Counted from the stretch's first letter, positions 6,656-15,825 are shown. The stretch: DNA of 64,000 bases from Bacteroidia bacterium (GCA_026391215.1 JAPLDX010000034.1:1-64000); one strand, 5' to 3'. A program made the numbers and translations. Notes: generated from the sequence alone by a model not told the origin.

Positions 6656-9070
6656 TTAAAATGAGCGAACAGCACGCACAAAGTAGGTTTTGCTTTTATC
6701 TTCGAAGTTCCACATACCATCGGTGAAGTTAAGCCATCCTGCTAAGATTTCGATTCCGAACTCGGTGGAGCTCCAATAACAGCTAAAGAAGTCAGTAGCA
6801 AAACCACCAATTGCTGCCCGGTTATAGTAAAGCTTGTATAATTCGTCTTTACTTGGTAAATACCAATCACTGTAACCATTTAAAACTAAATCATAACACA
6901 TTTTAGCTGCATAGTTTCCTGTTCCCTGGATGGCAACGATGGCACTTGTGTTAGAACTTCCAGTACCTAATGCAGTTGCAACTGCACCTGTAGATATAGT
7001 ACTCCCATTATACCATTGTATCCCAGTGCTCTGGTCGCCTGGGGCGGCAATTAAGCCGTGTGTTTCTCCTGTAATGTAGCCAGGATCACCAGGTTGTAAA
7101 ATATAAGCTATTTTTCCGCCTTGATAACTATCGCCTATGGCAAGTGATAATACTTCGTCCTGGAGACAACGAATAGAAAAACCATACCGCTTACTATCGT
7201 AGTACCTGACTACATCGCTGCCATAGTAGTACATGTACCGATACCAGGCAATGTCCGCATTGCTCTCATTAGAACTCCACCAGTGGCCATTGGCCCCTAT
7301 GTGGCTGAATACTCCATTGTCATCACAATAGCCACCGGGAAGGGCTGTAAAACCTGTTTCATTGGTCGCTCCTGTATTTGGATTTTGCCAATGGGATGTG
7401 CCTATTTCTCTTAGTTTGCTGCTAGCAACACTTTCACCGCCCAAATAGGTTGTTAATGTCGTCCATTCAGCATCAGTGGGTACGTGCCACCCTGCAGGAC
7501 ATACTTTTCTTACATCAGTTGTGGTATACCAGTTATAAAGAGGACCATAAGTATCATTGAAGCTGACTGCGTCATTATTATAATAGCATAAGGCTCCTGA
7601 GAAAAGCGATGCCCAGGTAGAACCGGATGTTATTTCAGGAATGACATTACCATTGTTATAATGTGTGGTTCTAAGATTCTCCTTCATCCAATGCTGTGTG
7701 CCGATCGTAACAACATTATAAATATTTCCATCATAATCTGATACTATAACACCAGATGTCGAAGTAGTTAAAGTTACATCATTCCCGTAAACTGTTCCCC
7801 CCGCACTCTCGGCTTTTACTCTGAAATGATAAGTTGTGCCTTCTGTCAATCCCGTAATATTGGAATTTACAGTTGTGTTACTTGTACCAGATACAGGGCT
7901 TTGGGTAGCAGTAATAAATTGTCCATAACTTATAGTTAAACCATATTCAAAAGATACTATTGTATTTTGACCATTGGCATTAACTGTTCCGTTCAGGGTA
8001 GTAGTGGTATTAGTTATCAAGGTTGCAGCAGTAGTTGTTGCTAATGGGGGATTTAGAGCAATTGTTGCAAAACTAATTTCGTTTCCATAACCGGTACCTT
8101 CACTGTTTGTGGCATAAGCCCTTACATAATAAGTAGTTGATGCTGTAAGAGCAATAATGGCGCTGGTAAAAACTCCTGCTCCCGTACCGTCAGTTGTTTT
8201 TGTCGTTACTGCAACTGTTGGAATCGTGGTTGTGCTCCAGCATACACCCCTTGCTGTTATGTTTGCCCCGCCATCATCAGTCACCTCTCCTCCTGATGAA
8301 GCGGAGGTATTTGTAATATTTGAAATAGCAGTTGTGGTTACTGTGGGAAGAGCATGAGTTTTAAAAACAATATCAGTACTGCTATAGGATGTACCTTTTG
8401 AGTTTGTTGCATATGTCCTTACAAAATACTGTAATCCGGCATTAAGGGCGGTCATCTTTCCTGTAAATATGCCTTTACCCGATCCATTTATAGTTGTATC
8501 TATACAATTGGAGATAGTTGGATTTGCAGCAGAACTCCAGCAAAGTCCCCTTTTTGTTGTTGTTTCTCCGCCGTCAGAAGTCACCTCACCGTTAAGTGAA
8601 GCTGTTGTCATTGTTATGTCTGTAACATTGCCTGCATAAACGGTTGGAGACTGAGTGTCTTTTGTTGTAAAACTGCATATTTTATCAGCGTTGGTATTAT
8701 TTCCGTCTATGGTAACATAAGCCCTGAAATAATATGTCGTATTTTTTGTAAGACCGGTGACATCGACTGTAAAGATTCCTTTGGTTGAACGGGAGCCTAG
8801 CGATTTGACTGTTGCATTTTCTATCCGGGGGTTTTGATCAATTGATATAAGAATGCCATGATCATCAAGAGGTTGTGAACCGGCATCAGTAATTTCCCCT
8901 TTGAGTTTAACAAATGTATAGGATATGTCATTGGCTTCAGCTTCCAGAGTGGTAAACTCGACAATCCTTTCAGGCTTTTCGCAAGCTATTAATAACACCA
9001 TGGAGAAAATAAATAGAAGTAATTTATTTGTCCAGCGAGTACTTCCCAAAATCCTTTTCTCATTCATCAT
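6656..9070 (-). CDS. Surface lipoprotein: 4 FN3-like repeats + FISUMP domain + C-terminal DUF1566 (Lcl-type C-lectin fold)
   Basis: Lipobox LIAC; four PTVTT...YxxRxYATNxxG.YG..F.T-type repeats; FISUMP DYDGNIYNVVTIG...GFSIRCLQD; DUF1566 IGDSYQGGKIAYI, GYSDWYLPSKDEL, YWSSTE, VRAVRSF. Confidence 0.88.
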   Translation of the reverse strand: MMNEKRILGSTRWTNKLLLFIFSMVLLIACEKPERIVEFTTLEAEANDISYTFVKLKGEITDAGSQPLDDHGILISIDQNPRIENATVKSLGSRSTKGIFTVDVTGLTKNTTYYFRAYVTIDGNNTNADKICSFTTKDTQSPTVYAGNVTDITMTTASLNGEVTSDGGETTTKRGLCWSSAANPTISNCIDTTINGSGKGIFTGKMTALNAGLQYFVRTYATNSKGTSYSSTDIVFKTHALPTVTTTAISNITNTSASSGGEVTDDGGANITARGVCWSTTTIPTVAVTTKTTDGTGAGVFTSAIIALTASTTYYVRAYATNSEGTGYGNEISFATIALNPPLATTTAATLITNTTTTLNGTVNANGQNTIVSFEYGLTISYGQFITATQSPVSGTSNTTVNSNITGLTEGTTYHFRVKAESAGGTVYGNDVTLTTSTSGVIVSDYDGNIYNVVTIGTQHWMKENLRTTHYNNGNVIPEITSGSTWASLFSGALCYYNNDAVSFNDTYGPLYNWYTTTDVRKVCPAGWHVPTDAEWTTLTTYLGGESVASSKLREIGTSHWQNPNTGATNETGFTALPGGYCDDNGVFSHIGANGHWWSSNESNADIAWYRYMYYYGSDVVRYYDSKRYGFSIRCLQDEVLSLAIGDSYQGGKIAYILQPGDPGYITGETHGLIAAPGDQSTGIQWYNGSTISTGAVATALGTGSSNTSAIVAIQGTGNYAAKMCYDLVLNGYSDWYLPSKDELYKLYYNRAAIGGFATDFFSCYWSSTEFGIEILAGWLNFTDGMWNFEDKSKTYFVRAVRSF

Positions 9071-9130
9071 GACAACCAAGCTCTCTTAACTTTTAACTTT
9101 TTAAACTTTACAGATTTTTGACTTTATAGA

Positions 9131-10279
9131 CTATTGTTTTAGTATAAAAACAAAATCCCCGTTATCGTCCCCGACATTATTTATTGAGCCCCATCTTGGA
9201 GCTGTCATGCTGTTGGCGAGAACGGGCTTCTGCAGCAGATTGTACAGTTCCAGCGAGCGAAGATATTGTTCACTATTGTTTTTCAGCTGTTCAACAAGTA
9301 TCCGGGCAAACTTGCTTTCATCACTGACTTCAGTTGTCCCTCCACTTGTAATGGCTTTCCTACTCTTTGACTTTATCAGATCCCTGATTGCTGTTGAGGC
9401 TCCGTCAAGCATACCCCTGGAGCTGTAGATTGAGCCGGCATAACATGCATCGGCTATCAGAAGGATATGTCTTGCCTTGCATGATTTTATAAAATCAGTT
9501 ATTGCACTGTTGCTGAGCCATGTCACCCTTGATCTTGTGGCATCAGATAAGAGCCAGTATCCTATATCTGTTTCCTTATCCATTATTCCGTGACCGGCAT
9601 AAAAAATCAGCAGGTTATCATCAGGCAGAATTTTCTTCTGAAGCTCTTCAAGCGTTACTTCAACATCCAGCTTGGTCCGATCATAAAGAGTCTGGACATT
9701 GTTCCAGTCAAAAGTATACTTCGATGTAAGCACCTCTTTAAATGCAGTCGCATCAAGGATCGGCCGCATAAGGTTCATCATGCCCGATTCAATCTTATAA
9801 GTATTGTTGGCAATTATCAAAGCATAATACTTTCCTTCAGGAGTTACAAATGGTGACAGGTTTTTAATGGGCTCAGAATAAATAACAGTATAGGATAAGT
9901 CCTTTATCTCCCTGCTGTCTTTCTGCAGAGAAATATAAAGTGAATTGGAACCCTTTGATAAAGTATATGTATGCGTATAGAAATCACCATTGGAATTTGG
10001 TAATATTTCAACATTGTTAACAAGCACTTTTACCCCCTGTGTGGGATTCTGAAGTCTGATAATAAGCGGCATGGATTGAACTTCTGTGAGAAACGTTACT
10101 CCCTGTTTAAGGTCTTTGGGCTCGAGCAGCTGGATATCAGGAACAGCTTCCTTTGGCTTGTTAATTGTATTGACCATTATCTTCACCTTTTCGCTCTTTA
10201 TCTCCTGCGATTTAAGCACAGGTGAAACCAGCATCAGTATCAATGCCGGTAAAATATATTTCAATGCTGAGCTTTTCAT
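9131..10279 (-). CDS. Secreted caspase-family (peptidase C14) protein with N-terminal Ig-like region
   Basis: Catalytic dyad motifs LIFYAGHG and LIADACYAG; YYALIIANNTY strand; signal peptide MKSSALKYILPALILMLVSPVLKSQ (likely start 10279). Confidence 0.88.
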   Translation of the reverse strand: MKSSALKYILPALILMLVSPVLKSQEIKSEKVKIMVNTINKPKEAVPDIQLLEPKDLKQGVTFLTEVQSMPLIIRLQNPTQGVKVLVNNVEILPNSNGDFYTHTYTLSKGSNSLYISLQKDSREIKDLSYTVIYSEPIKNLSPFVTPEGKYYALIIANNTYKIESGMMNLMRPILDATAFKEVLTSKYTFDWNNVQTLYDRTKLDVEVTLEELQKKILPDDNLLIFYAGHGIMDKETDIGYWLLSDATRSRVTWLSNSAITDFIKSCKARHILLIADACYAGSIYSSRGMLDGASTAIRDLIKSKSRKAITSGGTTEVSDESKFARILVEQLKNNSEQYLRSLELYNLLQKPVLANSMTAPRWGSINNVGDDNGDFVFILKQ

Positions 10280-10290
10280 ATATCTTTTAA

Positions 10291-11049
10291 TTAAAAGGTC
10301 CATTTTGCTGAAACTAAATAACCGTTTTCCGGTAATTTTATCAGGCTGACATTCATATTCTTATTTGCATTCTCATTTATTGGAATGGCTGCCGACCATA
10401 TCATGTTCACGGCCCATATTCCGGCAGTTCCATATAGCAGATACTGAGACATATTAAAGTAGTTAACCGATTTATTATACAGGTTGTCTCTCTCGGTGCC
10501 TGTAGCTATTTTATAATCGTTATAATATTTACTGTGCTGCAGATAATAAAATAGCGATGCTCCTGCAGTTCCGTAAACAAGTCCGCTGAATGCTATGTAC
10601 CCGCTCCTGCCTGTCGCTTTTTTCTGGCCAAGCCCTGGCAGAAAGGCTGATGAAAGTAAAATATTGCTCCGTGAAATTGATTTTTGCACCGGTAAATATG
10701 CAGGGACAGCCTGTGAAACAGGATTCCCTGTCACCTGTATTTCAAATTCCTCATTAACTATTACACTGTCCCTGGCAACATTCCATTCAATCTTTTTTCC
10801 GAATCCGCAATTTATCCTGCTGCCTATATCCCCGGTGACATAAACTGGTTTTATAGTATCTCCCTTCGCATTAAGCACGATAAGCTTGATATTAATATAA
10901 TCACCTGTACCGCAGCCTGTTAAGTCATACCTAATTGTCATTATATTATTAAGGAATAATACCTCAGGGGATGATATCTTTATATTATCCTGTGCGTTCA
11001 GGGATAGATAAGCCGTAAGCATTACTGACAGCAGGCAAGCTTTCTTCAT
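10291..11049 (-). CDS. Envelope protein, DUF5683-like (SAxLPGLGQ)
   Basis: Signal peptide, beta-rich N-domain (IRYDL...IEWNV), SAFLPGLGQ followed by two hydrophobic helices, C-terminal aromatic ...SAKWTF. Confidence 0.6.
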   Translation of the reverse strand: MKKACLLSVMLTAYLSLNAQDNIKISSPEVLFLNNIMTIRYDLTGCGTGDYINIKLIVLNAKGDTIKPVYVTGDIGSRINCGFGKKIEWNVARDSVIVNEEFEIQVTGNPVSQAVPAYLPVQKSISRSNILLSSAFLPGLGQKKATGRSGYIAFSGLVYGTAGASLFYYLQHSKYYNDYKIATGTERDNLYNKSVNYFNMSQYLLYGTAGIWAVNMIWSAAIPINENANKNMNVSLIKLPENGYLVSAKWTF

Positions 11050-11171
11050 AATTTCAAATTAAATATGAATGATCAACTCATCAGGGGTTGAAATAACCCG
11101 GTTAAACTAATAAATAAGTTTTAATTATCAAATAGTTGCGTATTTTCACATCAACAAATTTTGATAATATG

Positions 11172-11287
11172 AGAACTATGAAAACAAGATAATTGTATAA
11201 AAGCTAGATCAAAAATTAATGCAAGTCAAATAAAAATCAATCCACCTAAGTTTAACCCCAGATGGAATGTCTCAAAAGATGCCAGGA
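11172..11287. repeat. 116-bp direct repeat copy B
   Basis: Same orientation as 2892-3007, offset 8280 bp, ~85% identical without gaps. Confidence 0.9.
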
Positions 11288-11328
11288 TTCTTGCCAGCTC
11301 CCCTTCATTACCAGAAAATGTAATAATC

Positions 11329-11356
11329 AAAAAGCCCGGGATAAAACTCCGGGCTT
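11329..11356 (-). terminator. Intrinsic terminator ending the tldD-pmbA-FISUMP-GldL-like run
   Basis: Stem AAGCCCGG/CCGGGCTT followed by a T-run on the minus strand. Confidence 0.7.
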
Positions 11357-11418
11357 AATTGAATAAGTTCATTTTATTACTAGATCCTTTGTTCTTATCA
11401 AGTAGTTAATGGATATCC

Positions 11419-12081
11419 CTATTTACTCTGTTCTGTTGTAACAGGACCTTCTTCCGGGGTTAAAAGCTTTCTTCCAATCATACCCCATGCAAACAAAAGA
11501 ATCAGGCATCCAATAATGATTGTAAAAAATGTATCCCGTAAATGATTGATCTTTTTTTCATCAGGGATGGTTTTATTCATCATGAACATTGGGAAGTAAA
11601 CTATAAATACCAAAGCAGCGCCTGCAATAAAAAGAGGGATTTGCCCTGGCCAATGTTGGATTTTAGTCAGGACTCCCAGTGCAAACAATGCAAGACCGAC
11701 TGCACCTGCCCCATTCATCAGATTATTGGCTCCTGTCTGTTTTGATTTTTGAAAATACAACATTGGAAGAAATACTAATGTGAAACCAGCTAGTCCGATT
11801 GTTATCAATAATCCGGCAAGGGGCCAATGTTCAAGTTTAAAAAGAATACCAATGTCAATAAAAGTTGCACAGAATGCAGCTACAAGATTTACTAGCAATA
11901 TCTTTCCTCCTGAGGAATCACCCATTTTGTCAAGAATAAAGAAATAAAAATAAATGCTCATTAATGTCCAGGCAATCGCTACAATTACCCCTGTATACGA
12001 CAAATGATTAATTTTAAAGACAGTAGCTATTACTGCTGCGAATGCAGCAATATAACCGGTGATATAAGTCGTTTTCTTCAT
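11419..12081 (-). CDS. Membrane protein with three GldL N-terminal-like two-helix repeats
   Basis: Repeated motifs VFKINHLS, LFKLEHWP, LTKIQHWP about 57 aa apart, each between hydrophobic helices. Confidence 0.7.
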   Translation of the reverse strand: MKKTTYITGYIAAFAAVIATVFKINHLSYTGVIVAIAWTLMSIYFYFFILDKMGDSSGGKILLVNLVAAFCATFIDIGILFKLEHWPLAGLLITIGLAGFTLVFLPMLYFQKSKQTGANNLMNGAGAVGLALFALGVLTKIQHWPGQIPLFIAGAALVFIVYFPMFMMNKTIPDEKKINHLRDTFFTIIIGCLILLFAWGMIGRKLLTPEEGPVTTEQSK

Positions 12082-12123
12082 TTTTGTGGTTTTAATTTTA
12101 ATTCTGCTTAAGTCAATTCTGTC

Positions 12124-12846
12124 TTATTCATCATTCATTTTACAGCGGACAGGCAAGGCGTTCCATTTCTCAAATGTGCCCATTGTCTTGCTGAGGAAGT
12201 CATAACTCAGGCCTACAATAGCTGCATTGGATGGCTTTTCTCCGGGCATAAGATTCTGAATATCTTCGGTTGATGTCCACCAGAGTGTTTTTGTTCCGGG
12301 TTCATAATCCTCGCTGAATGATGATATGTACCCTGCGGGGAGAGCAGTAAAATATACTTCATTTGTTGCACCTTCATTCGGGGCTTTCCAGTGTTTGGTA
12401 CCCGCTTCCTTCAGCTTGGCAGGATTATCTCCTGATGCCTGGCTGCCACCGGCGTAATCCATCATATCATTCCATTCAGCTTCTGTCGGAACATGCCATC
12501 CTTTAGGACAAAGCTTGCCTGTGTTCACTGCATACCAGTTGTAAATTGCACCATAGGTTTGTGCATATTCCACTGTATTTTTAAAAAAGCCCCGGGCAGG
12601 AGTTTTTATACTTTCCCACTTCGTGTTATCGTAAACTATTTCAATGGGAGTACCATCATTAAGCTTGAATGTATTCAGATTTTCAGCCATCCATACACCT
12701 GACTCTGTCATGATGATCCTGTAAACATTACCATCCAGATCCCTTATCGGCATTCCCTCGTTGGGATACTCTTCCTGTGCGTTAACATTACAGGAAATGA
12801 ATAACAAGATTGCAGTAAATAACCGCAACATAGAAAATCGTTTCAT
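12124..12846 (-). CDS. Secreted stand-alone FISUMP domain protein
   Basis: Signal peptide; DLDGNVYR, WMAENL, YGAIYNWYAV, LCPKGWHVPTEAEW, WWTST, PVRC. Confidence 0.85.
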   Translation of the reverse strand: MKRFSMLRLFTAILLFISCNVNAQEEYPNEGMPIRDLDGNVYRIIMTESGVWMAENLNTFKLNDGTPIEIVYDNTKWESIKTPARGFFKNTVEYAQTYGAIYNWYAVNTGKLCPKGWHVPTEAEWNDMMDYAGGSQASGDNPAKLKEAGTKHWKAPNEGATNEVYFTALPAGYISSFSEDYEPGTKTLWWTSTEDIQNLMPGEKPSNAAIVGLSYDFLSKTMGTFEKWNALPVRCKMNDE

Positions 12847-12880
12847 AGTAGATCAATTTACAATTAATACTGATTTAAAG

Positions 12881-14221
12881 TTATATCCCGGCCACCACCA
12901 CGTCATCAAATACAAGGCTCGGCATTCTTGCCTGGCTGTAGATCCATGGGTCGTTAGCTACTTCAACAAGCTTATTCCAGAAATTCAAATGATTATCTGC
13001 CATATTCATCTCGGCAACATTCCGGACAAACTGTCCCTTTTCAAATAACTTCCCTATAATACCCACCGAGAAATCACCTGTAGCTGAATTAGAATTGCCT
13101 CCTATATAGTCCGTGATATAAATACACCTTCCAAGATCCTTTATTATTTCCTCAACACTCCTGGTCCCCGACGGGATTATAATATTGGAGATTGATCCCG
13201 ATGTTGGTTCCCAGCCTAATTTCCGGCTGTAATACCAGTCAACAAGGAACTCATTTACAACACCTTCTTTAAAGATGTCACGTTTTCTGGCAGGGAATCC
13301 GTCACCATCATAATATATGGAACCAAGGCCCCTCATGATAAATGGGTCATCATAAAGGGTAAACAGCTTGCTTCCTATTTTCTGGCCTTTTTTGTCGGCA
13401 AGAAATGATCTTTTTTGCTGAATGCTGCCGGCCGACATCGGACCAAGAAGACCGCCAAGCACCCTTGCAACACCACGATTCTCCAGGATAACCGGAAGCT
13501 TTGATGTCGCAATCTTTTTACCGCCCATCAGATCGAGAGTTCTTTCTGCGGCCACAGTCCCTACTTTTTCAAGCGGAGGGATATCACTCCTGTACCTGCA
13601 TCCTATGTAATTATAGCCTTCAGGACGACGGTCACCCTCATCCCGGGCCGTCATTGATGCTCCTGCCTGGAAGTAAGTACTCTTTGATGAGCCTTCAAAA
13701 CCGTTACTCGATTTTATGAATTCCTCATAGGTTTCATCATGTTCCCCTGCTTCCACCGAAATAACTTTATCACCACCCTTCTGAAGACATGCTTCTTCAA
13801 CAGTTTTAACAATCTGGTGTCTGCCTTCAGGTGTCAGCTGGTTATAATCGGGATCACATAGCTGAAGATCTTCTGTTGATCTTCCTTCATAGTATTTGGG
13901 ATCAGGAAGTGTGCGGAAAGGATCCTCTTCCATGATTTTAGCGCTTTCAATCACACCGGTAATGAACCCCGGAAGTGTTGATTGCCGCAAATCAGGTGTC
14001 GCCTGACTTGCGGACCTGTTATTGATGAACACTTCAAGATACAGGTTCTGCGTAGTGGCCTCTTTAATAACTTCAGGTTTACGGTCACGGTAGTTTATTT
14101 CCACCAGCCTTCTTTTTGACATACTTACCCTGCAGTCGTTTGCTCCGCTATTCTTCGTTTGGGTAATCACCCAGTCAGCAAGATCACGGAAATTCATCTG
14201 AGTATCTTTCTTGTTTTTCAT
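12881..14221 (-). CDS. pmbA: PmbA/TldE family protein
   Basis: SFLADKKGQKIGSKLFTLYDDP, YDGDG, NSATGDFSVG; no HExxGH; its start overlaps the tldD stop. Confidence 0.88.
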   Translation of the reverse strand: MKNKKDTQMNFRDLADWVITQTKNSGANDCRVSMSKRRLVEINYRDRKPEVIKEATTQNLYLEVFINNRSASQATPDLRQSTLPGFITGVIESAKIMEEDPFRTLPDPKYYEGRSTEDLQLCDPDYNQLTPEGRHQIVKTVEEACLQKGGDKVISVEAGEHDETYEEFIKSSNGFEGSSKSTYFQAGASMTARDEGDRRPEGYNYIGCRYRSDIPPLEKVGTVAAERTLDLMGGKKIATSKLPVILENRGVARVLGGLLGPMSAGSIQQKRSFLADKKGQKIGSKLFTLYDDPFIMRGLGSIYYDGDGFPARKRDIFKEGVVNEFLVDWYYSRKLGWEPTSGSISNIIIPSGTRSVEEIIKDLGRCIYITDYIGGNSNSATGDFSVGIIGKLFEKGQFVRNVAEMNMADNHLNFWNKLVEVANDPWIYSQARMPSLVFDDVVVAGI

Positions 14222-15759
14222 GACTGGCCTCCTTTCTGCTGTGTTCCGCCCACTGTGAGTGATTTAATCAAACATGTTGGCATACCGAATCCTACCGGAA
14301 CACCCTGTCCGTTTTTACCGCATTGTCCGGCTCCACCCTGGAACATTTCAAGGTCATTTGCGGCCATAATGATATTTGTCAGCATCTTTGGTCCGTTACC
14401 CATTATGTTCACGTCCTTGATTGGGGCTGTAAGCTTGCCGTTTTCAATCAGGCGGCCTTGTGAGACGTAGAAGGCAAAGTCACCTTCTCCTATTTTTACC
14501 TGCCCGTTGCTAACATCTTCCACATATATTCCGTTGCCTGCCTGTTTAATTACATCTTCGGCAGTTGCATCTCCCCCAAGCATATAGGTATTGCGCATAC
14601 GGGGCACAGGATAATTCTGGAAATCCTGTCTGCGGCCGTTACCAGTCGATTCAACTCCATAATGTTTTGCTGATATCTTGTCATGCAAATAGCTTGTAAG
14701 AATTCCATTCTCAACAAGGACGGTCTTTTTCCCGGGAGTGCCTTCATCATCAACGTTGAGACTTCCGGCAAGATTCATAATGGTTCCGTCATCTATTATG
14801 GTAACAAATGGTTCAGCAACCTTCTTGCCCAGCATAGTGCTGTATGTGGAAATATTCTTTCGGTTAAAATCAGCTTCCATGCCATGTCCGATCGCTTCAT
14901 GAAGAAGTATCCCGGTTACCCCTGGTCCGAGAACGACAGGCATTTCCCCTGCGGGAGGCTGGATGGCATCAAATAATTTAAGGGTATTAGAGACAGATTT
15001 TGTTGCTACCTCATCAACAACTTTGTCAGTATAAAACGACATATCACGAGTTCCGCCAAGATTCCAGAATGACTGCTCCTGTTTACCGTTTCTTTCGGCA
15101 ACAACTGAAGCATATAAGTATCCTGAAGGAATAATATCTTCAGCCTGGACGCCATCACTGGTTACAATCATAATACGTTTTGTGGCGCTCTGAAAACCCG
15201 CACGCACTTTTACGATCTCAGGAGATAGTGCAAGACACTTTTCGTTTACGCTTTGAATTAATGGCAGCTTTAATGCGCCTGGAATACCATCATAATCAGG
15301 AGGCAGAGGATAGTAGTTGCCAGTTTTTAACGCGGTGAATGAAGAGCCTGCCGGGGTGGCATTCATATCGCTTATAGTTGCTGCCGTGGCAGCGGCCGAC
15401 ATCATTGATTCCCCGGTAAGATCCTGAGTAAAGCCATAGCCTATCTGGTCGCCTTTTACAGTGCGGATACCTACTCCCAGGGATATGTCGCCATATGACT
15501 GGTTTACCTTGCCATCTTCGAGCCCCAGGTAATTTGAAACTGTATACTCGAAATAGAGGTCGGCGAAATCACCGCCTTTGGATAATGCTTTTGCCAGTAA
15601 TTTCCGGCAGAGGGCTTCATCAATCCCGAATTCTTTCAGGAAGTAGTTACCAGATAATGTTACCGGCGACTTACAGGCTTTAAGTGCGGGAAGGAAAAGC
15701 AAAGCACCGCCAGCCAGGGCAGTGCTCTGAATGAATTTTCTTCGTGGAATGGGTTTCAT
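14218..15759 (-). CDS. tldD: TldD family metalloprotease with Tat lipoprotein signal
   Basis: LLHEAIGHGMEADF, DDEGTP, TGNGRR, PRMRNT, CGKNGQGVPVG; N-terminus PRRKFI...LKAC. Confidence 0.92.
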   Translation of the reverse strand: MKPIPRRKFIQSTALAGGALLFLPALKACKSPVTLSGNYFLKEFGIDEALCRKLLAKALSKGGDFADLYFEYTVSNYLGLEDGKVNQSYGDISLGVGIRTVKGDQIGYGFTQDLTGESMMSAAATAATISDMNATPAGSSFTALKTGNYYPLPPDYDGIPGALKLPLIQSVNEKCLALSPEIVKVRAGFQSATKRIMIVTSDGVQAEDIIPSGYLYASVVAERNGKQEQSFWNLGGTRDMSFYTDKVVDEVATKSVSNTLKLFDAIQPPAGEMPVVLGPGVTGILLHEAIGHGMEADFNRKNISTYSTMLGKKVAEPFVTIIDDGTIMNLAGSLNVDDEGTPGKKTVLVENGILTSYLHDKISAKHYGVESTGNGRRQDFQNYPVPRMRNTYMLGGDATAEDVIKQAGNGIYVEDVSNGQVKIGEGDFAFYVSQGRLIENGKLTAPIKDVNIMGNGPKMLTNIIMAANDLEMFQGGAGQCGKNGQGVPVGFGMPTCLIKSLTVGGTQQKGGQS

Positions 15760-15825
15760 TTTAAGTGAAATAAATTGGTAAACTAAATTATGAATTATTC
15801 AGGATTAATATCTACGGATATGCAT

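Noticed and set aside
2892-11287. Composite transposon or integrative element with att/TSD repeats
   Set aside because: Repeats are only ~85% identical and look like a gene tail plus promoter; no recombinase or transposase is present.
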